64,000 bases of DNA from an uncultured Candidatus Saccharibacteria bacterium (GCA_964450605.1 CAYVEK010000002.1:87681-151680), one strand, 5' to 3'; numbered from the stretch's first letter, positions 10,777-20,789 are shown. The notes: generated by a model not told the origin, from the letters alone. Translations and numbers: made by a program.

Positions 10777-10890
10777 ATGAAAGCACTTTTGCTACGCTTA
10801 CGACTCAAAGGCTTTAATCGCCTTGAAGCCCTTGCTGTAGGAGTTTTTATTGTGATAATTATCGCGATAATCTACGTACTACTACGATAA
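10777..10890 (+). CDS. 37-aa pilin-like microprotein
   Basis: MKALLLRLRLKG|FNRLEALAVGVFIVIIIAIIYVLLR; TATAAT 7 nt upstream and hairpin directly downstream. Confidence 0.6.
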   Translation: MKALLLRLRLKGFNRLEALAVGVFIVIIIAIIYVLLR

Positions 10891-10922
10891 CCCTTCGACC
10901 GACTCGTTCGGTTGAAGGGTTT
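10889..10922. terminator. Hairpin between convergent genes
   Basis: AACCCTTCGACCGA...TCGGTTGAAGGGTT. Confidence 0.6.
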
Positions 10923-10927
10923 ATATT

Positions 10928-12628
10928 TTATACAGCTGTAACAGACTCTCTTTTTGCCAGACGTGCCAGATGTTTATTTCTTTCTTTATCAAATTTTTCA
11001 ACATCAAAGGCATATTCAGCTATCATGTTTGATGCATGATGTGCTCCAAGATAATGCGGCATTATCACATATGTTGCACCTGCGAGATACAATTCTTTTG
11101 CTTGATGTATATCATGAGATATAACCATGATTATTCCTTCGGGATTAAATCTTCGATAATATGTAACAAGTAATTTGTTAACCTTGTAATCCGGAATTGT
11201 TGAAACGATAATCTTTGCTTCGGGTATTCCTATCTCCTGTAAAAATTCAACATCTTCAGCGTCACCAAACCGAAATGGTATCTCAGCTTTTTGCATCTTT
11301 TTTACTGCTGTAGGATTAAAATCAACCACAACAAAAGATGAACCTAGTTTTTCTGCAACTTTTACAAAGTCATACCCAACTCTATCGTATCCAAATATAA
11401 ACATCTCAGGATGGTGGTCGTGAGCAGATGGTTCACGACGAGAGTGTCTTCTCCACTCAAACATGCGCAGTGGTTTTTTTGAGAAGTTGTATATCTCCCT
11501 TCCATACAAAGATGCATATGTTGATGTTGCAATAGTAATAACAGCAACGAGTGTTACAAGAGATGCTAGTTTTTGATCAACTTGTCCAAGTGATAGTCCA
11601 AGGGTCATAAGGATAAGTGAAAACTCGCTGATCTGAGAAATAGAAAGTCCGGCAAAAAAACCAGTTCGCGTTCGGTATCCTAGCATGTTCATAATCCACA
11701 CAACGATGGCGGGTTTTGCAAATACAACAAATATAGACAAAACTATTGCGGGCAGTATAAGCGTCGGAATATCTGTTAAAACCATCTGAGAACCAAGTAG
11801 TACAAAGAACAAAATAATGAAGAAATCTCGCAGTGGTCTCATACGAGAACCAATCTCATACGCATAACTTGATACAGAAAGAGTTACTCCAGCAATAAGC
11901 GCACCTATTTCTATAGAAAAACCGATGACATAAAAAAGTGCCGCCATACCAAGTCCCCACGCAACAGAGAACAAAAACAAAAGTTCTTGAGAACCTGCCA
12001 AAAAACCAGATAGTCTTGGTAAAATAAATTTACTAACAAGATACAAGATAAGACCTATTCCTAGACCCTTTGCACCTAACACGGTCATGGATTCAGATAA
12101 GCTGGTTGTGTTACCTGTATTTGAACCAAAAGCTGACACAAAAAGCAATATAAGCGTTGCAACAAGATCTTGCACGATCAAAAGACCTATCGTTATCTTA
12201 CTGTAGAGTTTATTTAAATTACCTTTATCGCCCAACAATTTTAAAACAATAATAGTACTGCTAAACGTTAAGGCAACTCCTCCATACATAGAGTGTACTG
12301 GATTAAAGCCTAATACATGCATAATCAAAAAACCTAAACCGAAAGTAACTGCAACCTGACAAAGTCCTATGATAAGCGAAGCTTTACCTGTCTCTTTGAT
12401 AACGGTCGGACTTAGACTTAGTCCAACAATAAACAAAAGTATAGATATACCTATCTTTGCGAACAATTCAACAAACTCTGTTGAATGCAAAGTATTTAAA
12501 ACATATGGACCTAGAATAATACCACTCAATATATATCCCGCAACCAGTGGTTGACGAAATGCGTGAGTAATGACCGCGACACATGTAGTAATAACTACTA
12601 TAAGACTAAGCTCCGTAAAAATATGCAT
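10928..12628 (-). CDS. Cation:proton antiporter (CPA2/Kef-like) with TrkA-N domain
   Basis: Multiple TM helices, LIVQDL, SQISEFS, C-terminal FGYDRVG...FGDAED. Confidence 0.9.
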   Translation of the reverse strand: MHIFTELSLIVVITTCVAVITHAFRQPLVAGYILSGIILGPYVLNTLHSTEFVELFAKIGISILLFIVGLSLSPTVIKETGKASLIIGLCQVAVTFGLGFLIMHVLGFNPVHSMYGGVALTFSSTIIVLKLLGDKGNLNKLYSKITIGLLIVQDLVATLILLFVSAFGSNTGNTTSLSESMTVLGAKGLGIGLILYLVSKFILPRLSGFLAGSQELLFLFSVAWGLGMAALFYVIGFSIEIGALIAGVTLSVSSYAYEIGSRMRPLRDFFIILFFVLLGSQMVLTDIPTLILPAIVLSIFVVFAKPAIVVWIMNMLGYRTRTGFFAGLSISQISEFSLILMTLGLSLGQVDQKLASLVTLVAVITIATSTYASLYGREIYNFSKKPLRMFEWRRHSRREPSAHDHHPEMFIFGYDRVGYDFVKVAEKLGSSFVVVDFNPTAVKKMQKAEIPFRFGDAEDVEFLQEIGIPEAKIIVSTIPDYKVNKLLVTYYRRFNPEGIIMVISHDIHQAKELYLAGATYVIMPHYLGAHHASNMIAEYAFDVEKFDKERNKHLARLAKRESVTAV

Positions 12629-12647
12629 AGCCTAAGTATATCACTTT

Positions 12648-13055
12648 CTATTTGAGTGTTCCTATCTGTTGTTTTGCCAAAGCGGCTTCAGGTCCTCTTT
12701 TTCCACCATGTTGTGCTGTAAAGTTTGCCGTACCGTCTATTCCACACATCTTTAAAATAGATTTCTGTCCGCCTGGATGCTTTGTAATAAATGAAGTCAC
12801 ATCGTAAACTTTTCCATTTACGATAGTCCAACAACTTGAAGCATTGTTATGAGTTGCAACATCAGCAACAGTATATGTCGCAGTCACACCTGCAGAGACT
12901 GAGGATGATGCAGTGCCTGGAGTAGCTGACGTTGGAGCTATCGGCTGATTATATGTTTCATTTTGAATTTTACCGAGATACATAACTCCTGCTATGAGTA
13001 ACACAATAAGAACTGCCACAACTATAAGTAAGTTTTTGTTTTGATTATTTTGCAT
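12648..13055 (-). CDS. Membrane-anchored cytochrome b5-like heme/steroid-binding protein
   Basis: CWTIVNGKVYDVT..HPGG..CGIDGT..F..QH. Confidence 0.88.
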   Translation of the reverse strand: MQNNQNKNLLIVVAVLIVLLIAGVMYLGKIQNETYNQPIAPTSATPGTASSSVSAGVTATYTVADVATHNNASSCWTIVNGKVYDVTSFITKHPGGQKSILKMCGIDGTANFTAQHGGKRGPEAALAKQQIGTLK

Positions 13056-13080
13056 ATATATTTATTATATCAATACAATA

Positions 13081-13461
13081 TTAACCAACAAGCCACAGAA
13101 CGGCATCAACTTTTGATTCAAACATGCGAATGTTATCTCTACCTGATAAGGCTATAGCAGCCTCTCCTGCCATCTTAGCCTTATCACTACCTCCAAAACT
13201 AGCAGTTTTTTCAACGTATGGAGCATTTGTTTTAGCAAAATCAACAAGAGCATCTAATGCCTCAGGTGCATACTCTCCAGTAAAATGACTTACATCTAGT
13301 AGAATTTTTACCGGTCTGTGATCCTGTTCGTATTTTTTCTGAATAAGAACTTTTGCGTCCGCAAGTTCTACTTTAAATACTTCGAGTGCATCATGTGTAA
13401 GATCTGCAACAAATTCTATGAGAATATACTCTTGTTCAAGTGTTGTTTTTATAGTCTTCAT
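13081..13461 (-). CDS. STAS/SpoIIAA-like small protein
   Basis: ILLDVSHF and MFESKVDAVLWL resemble the SpoIIAA-like family. Confidence 0.5.
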   Translation of the reverse strand: MKTIKTTLEQEYILIEFVADLTHDALEVFKVELADAKVLIQKKYEQDHRPVKILLDVSHFTGEYAPEALDALVDFAKTNAPYVEKTASFGGSDKAKMAGEAAIALSGRDNIRMFESKVDAVLWLVG

Positions 13462-13480
13462 ATATCTATATCCTACTATA

Positions 13481-14269
13481 CTACCACTCTCGCGCAAGCT
13501 CGGTAGCTATGTCTGTTTTAGGTATAATAAGTTCTTGACCAGCAGATGTTGCAACATACGGACCAAGCTCGTATGCACCATACAGTAGTCTTAATCCATC
13601 TTTTTGAAGCACAAAGTTTTCCGGAATAACTGTTTCAACTATAGAATCTATCTCACCTCCCAAAGCATCACATCTTAAACAAGTTTCGGGATGACGAATA
13701 ATCTTATCCTTGATATAAGGAGTGAGATTTTTCTCATATCCGTCTTTTAAAAAATCATTAAGTGCTAATTTTTTATTTTTTGCAACATCTATCGTATCAG
13801 AACTAAAGAAAAAAGATCCATGTGCACCGCCCATATCTGTATAATTTTCATAACCAATAGATGCTACAGTTTTTTGGTCATTTAAAAAAATAAGTTCTTT
13901 TGCAACTGTCCTATCAGCAACAAATTCTCGTCCATCAAGAGGTGCTCCACTTTTTGCATATTCAGCAAGATTTGTTTCTAGCTCTTTAACATTTTTATTA
14001 AAAAGCTCACGCGCTTCTTTTTCAAGGGTTATATTTATATTATCTAGTTTTGCAAACTGTACATACTCAACTGTGGATGAGTTTGATGACGATGCATATG
14101 TAAAACTCTTTATTTCATATGGAGCAGTAGATGTGCTAGCGATATTTTGAGCTGGCTCTACAGGAATACCTGTGTCAGTACTGTTATTTATCTTTTTAAG
14201 AAAAAATATAGCGATTCCCAATATGATAAGGGTTATAAGTATAACTATGGTTCGTTTTGTTTCTGCCAT
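13481..14269 (-). CDS. Membrane-anchored DUF3298/RsiV-like protein
   Basis: YTDMGGAHG, FVLQKDGL..YELGPY. Confidence 0.75.
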   Translation of the reverse strand: MAETKRTIVILITLIILGIAIFFLKKINNSTDTGIPVEPAQNIASTSTAPYEIKSFTYASSSNSSTVEYVQFAKLDNINITLEKEARELFNKNVKELETNLAEYAKSGAPLDGREFVADRTVAKELIFLNDQKTVASIGYENYTDMGGAHGSFFFSSDTIDVAKNKKLALNDFLKDGYEKNLTPYIKDKIIRHPETCLRCDALGGEIDSIVETVIPENFVLQKDGLRLLYGAYELGPYVATSAGQELIIPKTDIATELAREW

Positions 14270-14347
14270 ATAGACATTATATCATTTACAAATAACAAAC
14301 AAACCCTCGCTGTGGTGGTAGCGAGGGCAGGCTGTGGTTAGGGATTA

Positions 14348-14839
14348 TTAAAATTTTTTCTGAAGATCTTTCGGTAAGGTTACCGTTCTTCTTTGTTTAG
14401 CCGCTTGGGTAGCGGCGCGACCTGCTCGACTAGTGTTTGCATTGGCAGTTTTAAGTTTTTCCATATTACCTGCCAATACTTCTGCTCGAGATTGAGCATC
14501 CGGGTGTTTGATTTCGCCAGCTCCAAGTTTATGAATAGTGGCATTTATTCTCTGCATCAAGTAGTAGAGCTCTTCTTGATTGAGTTTGTGAACATCTCGA
14601 GTAATAAGGGCTTGTATACCAGGGACTTTATTTGTGACAGATCGATCACCTGCCAGTATCCATGCGAGCCTACCTTGCTCCTGTTTGCATCGAGCACGGA
14701 GCTCTTCCATGTATTGCTTCATGTTTGAACGTTTTGTTCTGCTCCGAAGGAAAAATTCTTTTCCGAACATAAAAATGAGAGCAAGAACGATAACGATAAC
14801 GATAACGATAACGACAACGGACGTGGTAAGAGTGTTCAT
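14348..14839 (-). CDS. Hypothetical membrane-anchored protein
   Basis: ORF with A/C-rich leader and own terminator at 14304-14327. Confidence 0.6.
   Translation of the reverse strand: MNTLTTSVVVIVIVIVIVLALIFMFGKEFFLRSRTKRSNMKQYMEELRARCKQEQGRLAWILAGDRSVTNKVPGIQALITRDVHKLNQEELYYLMQRINATIHKLGAGEIKHPDAQSRAEVLAGNMEKLKTANANTSRAGRAATQAAKQRRTVTLPKDLQKKF
14786..14819. repeat. Hexanucleotide microsatellite (AACGAT)4 plus degenerate copies
   Basis: Read directly; encodes VI repeats of the TM helix. Confidence 0.85.
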
Positions 14840-14927
14840 GTAAATGGATTGTTCGAGTTTTGTGTTTTGTACGGCACCATACCGTACATCTATATTTTAC
14901 TCCCGCACGTACAAGCAATGCAAAAAG

Positions 14928-15938
14928 TTATGCACCGCGTTTGCCCACTACCCTCTTGTGTAACCATGATCCTGGAAGCATGTGATGAAAAAACTTTGTT
15001 TTGCCATGACCGTAGAATATAAACAATAGGGCTGCTGAATATACTACAAGATCCTCAACTTCCCAAGCTCCGTATTGCATAAACATTGTCACCACAGACG
15101 CGGCAAAGAAACAGGCTATAAGAACAGTGTTTATACGCGTCAGATAACCAAGTATAAAAATAATTCCAAAAATAAGTTCAGCAAAACCAGTACTTAAAAT
15201 AAACAGCTTATTTGTAAACCATGGGAATACATCTGCCATAAAGTTCCAAGGATGAGCATTTAAAAACGCCGCACTAAGCTCTGGGGTCATGAGTTTTTCG
15301 GTGAACGCGAGCACGATAAGTGTAATACCTGTACCGAGTCGAACGAGCTCCACTGCATGCTTATCCAACTTACATGAACACCATGAATCTTTTGGAGAAT
15401 TTTTTATAAAGAAAAAAACTGCGAGTGATATGAGTAATGCATTTTCAAGAACAATAATCCATCCATGGGTAAACCCCAGCATAATGCACATTGCAAGAAG
15501 TACAACAGAAGCTAGTCGAGGTAGTATATTTAAAATAAACATAAGACCTATGACGATCTGGGTGTACTTCAGGGTTTCTGCAACTGTTCCGATAACTTTA
15601 AACTCTGGTATTAAAATGATATTCCACAAGAAACTAACAGATACCAGAAATAAACCAAGTACAACCTGTGCAGTTCGTGTTATACCCTTTTCGTGTACAT
15701 ATCCAAAAACCAAAAGCTTTCGTGGTGTTTTTATATATGAGTCCAAAACTCCAAACACAAGAACCGCTATCAGAGTTATGAATGACCAGATCAAAACCTC
15801 AGTACTTGTTATTCCGTAAAAAGGCATCACACTTCCACTTGATAAAACTTTTTCACTATCAACAAACCATTTTACATGAGCTGAGGCGACAAAAGGAATA
15901 ACACACAGTACAGTGATGAATAGTATTTTTTTAAACAT
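14928..15938 (-). CDS. DoxX-family multi-pass membrane protein
   Basis: AHVKWF after signal peptide, AFTEKL..P, GFAELIFG..GYLTR. Confidence 0.7.
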   Translation of the reverse strand: MFKKILFITVLCVIPFVASAHVKWFVDSEKVLSSGSVMPFYGITSTEVLIWSFITLIAVLVFGVLDSYIKTPRKLLVFGYVHEKGITRTAQVVLGLFLVSVSFLWNIILIPEFKVIGTVAETLKYTQIVIGLMFILNILPRLASVVLLAMCIMLGFTHGWIIVLENALLISLAVFFFIKNSPKDSWCSCKLDKHAVELVRLGTGITLIVLAFTEKLMTPELSAAFLNAHPWNFMADVFPWFTNKLFILSTGFAELIFGIIFILGYLTRINTVLIACFFAASVVTMFMQYGAWEVEDLVVYSAALLFIFYGHGKTKFFHHMLPGSWLHKRVVGKRGA

Positions 15939-15993
15939 GTTTTTATGATAGCACAAAGTTGACATAACAAGCGCTATGGTTTATGATCCATAT

Positions 15994-16076
15994 CATAAAT
16001 CGCTAAAAGCGCTCTTATTTTTATAAAATAAGTAAAAACAAAAATCAGAGAATCAACTCTCTGATTTTTGTTTTTA
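15994..16076 (+). ncRNA. Putative small non-coding RNA
   Basis: TTGACA(15959)-17-TATGAT(15982) promoter, no ORF, perfect 19-bp inverted repeat at 16033-16076. Confidence 0.4.
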
Positions 16077-16221
16077 AATTTATAAAATCATTGTACCTTA
16101 TGTATCCCATTCTATATTTCAATCTTTTGGAATCTATAGGTCTCAACTGATTCTAGTTAAATTTTTGATAAATAAATATTAAAGAATTATTAAACTATTC
16201 ATAATAAATCTCCAAACATGA

Positions 16222-16590
16222 CTAATTAACTACCTCTGAGACTCTTTCTGTTTTTGTGTCTACATAGTACCAACCTTTTGTAGCTGCATGATCTATCTGG
16301 TTTTCAAAAACATGTACCATATACGTATGATCATCAATTTTTTCTGCTGAAAATGTCGGCGTTCCAACAGCTGGATTTTTTTTCTTTGATTCGTTTAATG
16401 TTTTAATCCACTTCTCGATATCTGCAGAATTATTTTTTACAAGTTCAATAGCACGGTCAGGAGTCGTTACCTTATCTTTATTTACAGTACTGTATTTATT
16501 ATATATAAAGACACTTCCTGCCCCTAAACACAAGCCTACCGACAGTGCAACTAGAACAGATATCGAACCTTTTTGTTTTGAAAAAATCAT
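16222..16590 (-). CDS. Hypothetical protein with prepilin-like N-terminus
   Basis: KQKG|SISVLVAL then TM. Confidence 0.6.
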   Translation of the reverse strand: MIFSKQKGSISVLVALSVGLCLGAGSVFIYNKYSTVNKDKVTTPDRAIELVKNNSADIEKWIKTLNESKKKNPAVGTPTFSAEKIDDHTYMVHVFENQIDHAATKGWYYVDTKTERVSEVVN

Positions 16591-16610
16591 ATTTTTATAT
16601 TAAAAGTAAT

Positions 16611-16823
16611 TTATAAATTCTTCATTATCTCTTCATCTTTTTGTTTTATAGTATCTTTGTACTTATCTACACCATCCAGTACTTCTTGTTTTTTATCCAT
16701 AAATTTTTGATAATACGGTTTTCCGTTTTTATCTTTCAAAAAGTACAGTGCACAGACAGCGGCAATAAGAATAAACAAAAAGAAGAGAGAGAAACCTGAT
16801 TGTGTTTTAATTATTTTTACCAT
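16611..16823 (-). CDS. Small protein with prepilin-like N-terminus
   Basis: QSG|FSLFFLFILI then coiled coil. Confidence 0.55.
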   Translation of the reverse strand: MVKIIKTQSGFSLFFLFILIAAVCALYFLKDKNGKPYYQKFMDKKQEVLDGVDKYKDTIKQKDEEIMKNL

Positions 16824-16827
16824 ATGT

Positions 16828-17208
16828 TTATTTATTCATTGAATGAATACCAAACGTATTTCCCTCAGTATCACAGCAAATAGAGATAAAACCATATTCT
16901 CCAATACTCATCTTTGGTTTATAAATCTTTCCGCCAGCCTCAACAACTCGAGCCTCTTCGATAGCACAATCCTCTGATCCAAAATAAACAATAGTTCCAC
17001 TACCACCAGCCTTTACACCGTCCATCTGTACTAGTGCACCTCCTGCCCCGTAAGAATCCATTTGACCAGGAAAACTCATCATCTTCATAGACTGGTCTGT
17101 TGGGTTGCCCAGAGGTTCTAGTTTTGTATCAAGAACTTTTTCGTAAAACGCGGTAGCCCTGTCCATATTGTCTACATATATTTCGAACCAAACGACTGAT
17201 TTTTTCAT
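16828..17208 (-). CDS. VOC/glyoxalase family protein
   Basis: WFEIYVDNMDRATAFY, DTEGNTFGIHS. Confidence 0.88.
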   Translation of the reverse strand: MKKSVVWFEIYVDNMDRATAFYEKVLDTKLEPLGNPTDQSMKMMSFPGQMDSYGAGGALVQMDGVKAGGSGTIVYFGSEDCAIEEARVVEAGGKIYKPKMSIGEYGFISICCDTEGNTFGIHSMNK

Positions 17209-17258
17209 AGTTTTTTTGAATTAAGTTTAGTAAATATATAAAGATGATAACACAAAAC

Positions 17259-20252
17259 TTATTGATTTATCAGCTTTCTGGTCTTTGGACCAAAATACCC
17301 TGAAGCAGGTTTTATGCTATGTGCTTTTTGATACTCAATCAAGGCATCTTTTGTTAGCTTTCCAAAATAATTAGTACTTTTATCTTGGCCCAATATTTTT
17401 GCTTTAGGTCCACTATTTTCCTTAATTAAAAATTGTTGAAGATCCTTAACGTCTGATCCGACAGAGCCAACCTTTAAATCTCGAACAAAAACTTTTGTAT
17501 TTATTTTTTTAAAAGGTGCACCGTTATTATTTGTTTTTTCTTCGGCAAATAATTGAGGCCATTTTTTCTTCAACTGCTCTGCTTCTGTTTTTTTGCCCAT
17601 TTTATACAGATATTCAACTTGTTGAGCTATACTACTTCCACCCGCACCAGGTCCCACCTGAGCACTCGCGCCAGCAGACAAAGTCTGACCAAAAAGAGAG
17701 AATATAGAGAAGTGTGGAGCGGTACACGTTATAGTATTTGTACTAGTATTTACAGAACAATCGTTGAGTGCTGACCATTCACCATTTGCATAGTGATACA
17801 AACGAAGAGTCGCCTCATCCAAACCTGCAATATCTGCATCTGAATATGTATACGTTATAGTAACAGGCAAAGCAAAAGAATCGAGAATAACATTTGAATT
17901 TATAATAGCCTTAACGTCAAAAACTATATCTCCAACTTTCACGGTTGTACTTGTAGGTTTACCAATAAGTCCAATAACAGGATTTCCAGGTAAAGATTGG
18001 ATCTGTATAATCACATTTGATGATGTCGAGGTGAAGTTTGCCGGAGTAGTAATCATAAACGTTGCTCCACCCTCTGTAAGTTGTGTTGTTGTTGTAGCAC
18101 TTACAGTTACATCTGTTGAAGTTGCTGATGTTTGAACAACTGATGCTTCACAACCTATTGTTTTAAATGTATCGTCAGATGACGTTGCTGTATTTGTATA
18201 CCCATCACGAGATACAATTTTATAGTAATACGTTGAGCAAGGAACTAGATTTGTTAGAGCTATAGAATGAGAAGTAACTCTGGGTGAGGTGTCTGTTTCC
18301 GCTGTACTGCTACTAAATTTAACTACTCCATAGTATACACGACTTGAAGCATTTTCATTCGTACTCCAAGTTATAGACGCTGATGTTGAGGAAGTACTTG
18401 TTGCAGAAACAGATGTTATGACAGGTGCTGTAGTGTCACCCATGGTAAAGTTCCAAGAAGTACTCGCATTTACACCTGCAAAGTACGCATGTGACCCATC
18501 TCTAAAAGCTGTACTTGGAATCATTACATAGTAGCCAACTCCTTCTTGAAAATCATTTACAGGATTAACAACTATAGTGTTTGTACCACTTCCCGTTACC
18601 GTTGAGCTTGCAACATTTATTGTCTCAAACACCGTATTGTCAGCTGTTTTGTAAATCGTAATATCACTTGTACTTGCATATACAGTCGTACTAAACAACA
18701 TCGTTAGATTTGTTGATGTTGCAACGCCGGTCGAGTTGTCTGCTGGAGTTAGAGACGAGATACTTGGTGCATTTGTTGTGCTAATTGATACATTTTTAGC
18801 TATAACAGTTGGCAAGGCTCCAAGAGCACCGTACTCAACAACATATCCAGGCAGTGTTGTTCCTGTACAAGGAAGATCGTTCCATTTTCCAGATCCACCT
18901 GATAAGAATTGACCACAATCTTCATTTGAACCCGCATCATTTGGTTCACCAGTTCCCCAGTTTGCGTAATTACCACCAAAAGTAGATCCTCCACTTGCAC
19001 CACTCCAAAACTGTGTACCTGTCTCAGGCCCTGTCGCCCACTTCCAAGCACCTTCGACAGCAGAATCAGAAGCGCCCATCCAACCGGCATTCGATAAACG
19101 AGCTGCGACGAAATCATTTTCTTGTTGTGAAGTAATGGTTGTTAGGTACCCAGTAGCACCATATTTTGTAAGTGAAGCTGCTGCGGCTTGTGCCCCTTGC
19201 CATGTAAGTGTACTTGATATGTATTCATATAGATGGCCGTTATCTGCAAAAAATACTTCACCTGAAGGTACAAGAGAAACTTCAAGAGTGTCTGACCCTG
19301 TACTTGCTCGAGTATATGTAAGTGTTGAAAGAGCGTTATTAATATCCGTAACCGTTCCGCTAAAATACAATGTTGAACCAGTTGTTCCGCCTGTAAACGT
19401 AAGACCTGTTGTATTTGACATTGCCAATGTTCCACTTGTAACTCGCAACTTCACAGGTGTTGTTGATGCTCCATTTCCGCTTATTTGTACATCAGTTATA
19501 GGCATTGCCACATTTGCAGTACCTGTGACTGTATCTGCACCTACAATAGAAAAGTTTGCAGGAGGTGTGGCAGAATATGTTTGTACTCGAGTAGAGTGTA
19601 CAAAATGAACACCACTGTTATACCACGTTGATAAACCAGAAGATCCACTTCCTTGCAAGGTTGCAGAACTATCCGTTGTATTAAAAGTACCAACAAGACT
19701 ATTGTCAGCAAGATTTCTCACAATGACAGATATAACTGTTGCATTTGTACTTGTTGCAGAAAACTCAATACTATACCCAATAGAATTGTTAAGAGAAAGT
19801 GCCGTTGTTCCAAGTGAGGTTGTAACTCCTCCAACTATTTTATATACAAATATTCCACCACTTCCGATATGTGCAAGATAATGATCATTTGTCCCTGATT
19901 GATATCGCAAAACAAGTCCTAAAAACTGACCAAAGTTTTCTCCCGCAGGAAGAGTTGCTATGATACGCTGGTCCTGTTTATTTTCTGAACTTGGTCGTAA
20001 CAAAAACTTTGTCAAATAATCTGAACTTGCATACGACGATCCTTGCAGTTGATTGTTCGATATATTCCACATACCTCCTGCCGTATCTATCCACCCATTA
20101 CCGGCGCCCGATGTTGAGCCTGGAGTAGAAGACGTTGCAGTATCTGCTCGAGTAAATGAATCATCGACAACTGGATACCATGTCGTTGCGCTAACTGATA
20201 CCGACAATAATGATACTGAAAAAATAAATAAAAATTTTGAAACTTGTTTCAT
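17259..20252 (-). CDS. Large secreted surface protein: beta-sandwich, C-type lectin, Ig-like, FN3-like and peptidoglycan-binding domains
   Basis: Signal peptide; CTL motifs WMGASD, NWGTGEPND, EDC, WNDLPC; C-terminal LKVGSVGSDVKDLQQFL...GYFGPKT. Confidence 0.8.
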   Translation of the reverse strand: MKQVSKFLFIFSVSLLSVSVSATTWYPVVDDSFTRADTATSSTPGSTSGAGNGWIDTAGGMWNISNNQLQGSSYASSDYLTKFLLRPSSENKQDQRIIATLPAGENFGQFLGLVLRYQSGTNDHYLAHIGSGGIFVYKIVGGVTTSLGTTALSLNNSIGYSIEFSATSTNATVISVIVRNLADNSLVGTFNTTDSSATLQGSGSSGLSTWYNSGVHFVHSTRVQTYSATPPANFSIVGADTVTGTANVAMPITDVQISGNGASTTPVKLRVTSGTLAMSNTTGLTFTGGTTGSTLYFSGTVTDINNALSTLTYTRASTGSDTLEVSLVPSGEVFFADNGHLYEYISSTLTWQGAQAAAASLTKYGATGYLTTITSQQENDFVAARLSNAGWMGASDSAVEGAWKWATGPETGTQFWSGASGGSTFGGNYANWGTGEPNDAGSNEDCGQFLSGGSGKWNDLPCTGTTLPGYVVEYGALGALPTVIAKNVSISTTNAPSISSLTPADNSTGVATSTNLTMLFSTTVYASTSDITIYKTADNTVFETINVASSTVTGSGTNTIVVNPVNDFQEGVGYYVMIPSTAFRDGSHAYFAGVNASTSWNFTMGDTTAPVITSVSATSTSSTSASITWSTNENASSRVYYGVVKFSSSTAETDTSPRVTSHSIALTNLVPCSTYYYKIVSRDGYTNTATSSDDTFKTIGCEASVVQTSATSTDVTVSATTTTQLTEGGATFMITTPANFTSTSSNVIIQIQSLPGNPVIGLIGKPTSTTVKVGDIVFDVKAIINSNVILDSFALPVTITYTYSDADIAGLDEATLRLYHYANGEWSALNDCSVNTSTNTITCTAPHFSIFSLFGQTLSAGASAQVGPGAGGSSIAQQVEYLYKMGKKTEAEQLKKKWPQLFAEEKTNNNGAPFKKINTKVFVRDLKVGSVGSDVKDLQQFLIKENSGPKAKILGQDKSTNYFGKLTKDALIEYQKAHSIKPASGYFGPKTRKLINQ

Positions 20253-20281
20253 TATAGAATCAAGTATATCAAAGTATTATT

Positions 20282-20761
20282 TTAAATACACACCTCAACT
20301 GTTTCAATCACAACTGAAACTCTCGGTCTGTCTGCCATATCTACTGCAACCTGTTCGATTTCAGCAACTATATCCATACCTCCTATAACTTTTCCGAAAA
20401 CAGTATGTTTGGTATCTAAAAATAGATTATCTTTTACGTTTATGAAGAACTGGCTACCGTTTGTGTTTGGACCAGAATTTGCCATAGAGATAGTTCCTGC
20501 CAAGTTATGATTCTCTGCATGTATTTCATCTGCAAACTTGTACCCTGGGCCGCCTGTTCCCCAAAAATCAATCTTTTCGTCATCTTTAGTTAACGGATCA
20601 CCACTTTGAATCATAAAACCAGCAATCACTCGATGAAATTTTACACCGTTGTAAAATCCATCTTTTGAAAGTTTGATGAAGTTCGCAACCGTATTTGGTG
20701 CTAGTTTTTGAAATAATTCGAGAGTAATATCGCCACGATTTGTATGTAGAATTGTTTTCAT
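20282..20761 (-). CDS. Cyclophilin-type peptidyl-prolyl isomerase
   Basis: FHRVIAGFMIQSGDP, SMANSGPNTNGSQFFI. Confidence 0.95.
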   Translation of the reverse strand: MKTILHTNRGDITLELFQKLAPNTVANFIKLSKDGFYNGVKFHRVIAGFMIQSGDPLTKDDEKIDFWGTGGPGYKFADEIHAENHNLAGTISMANSGPNTNGSQFFINVKDNLFLDTKHTVFGKVIGGMDIVAEIEQVAVDMADRPRVSVVIETVEVCI

Positions 20762-20789
20762 GGGATGAGTGTAACATAAAACCTATGTA

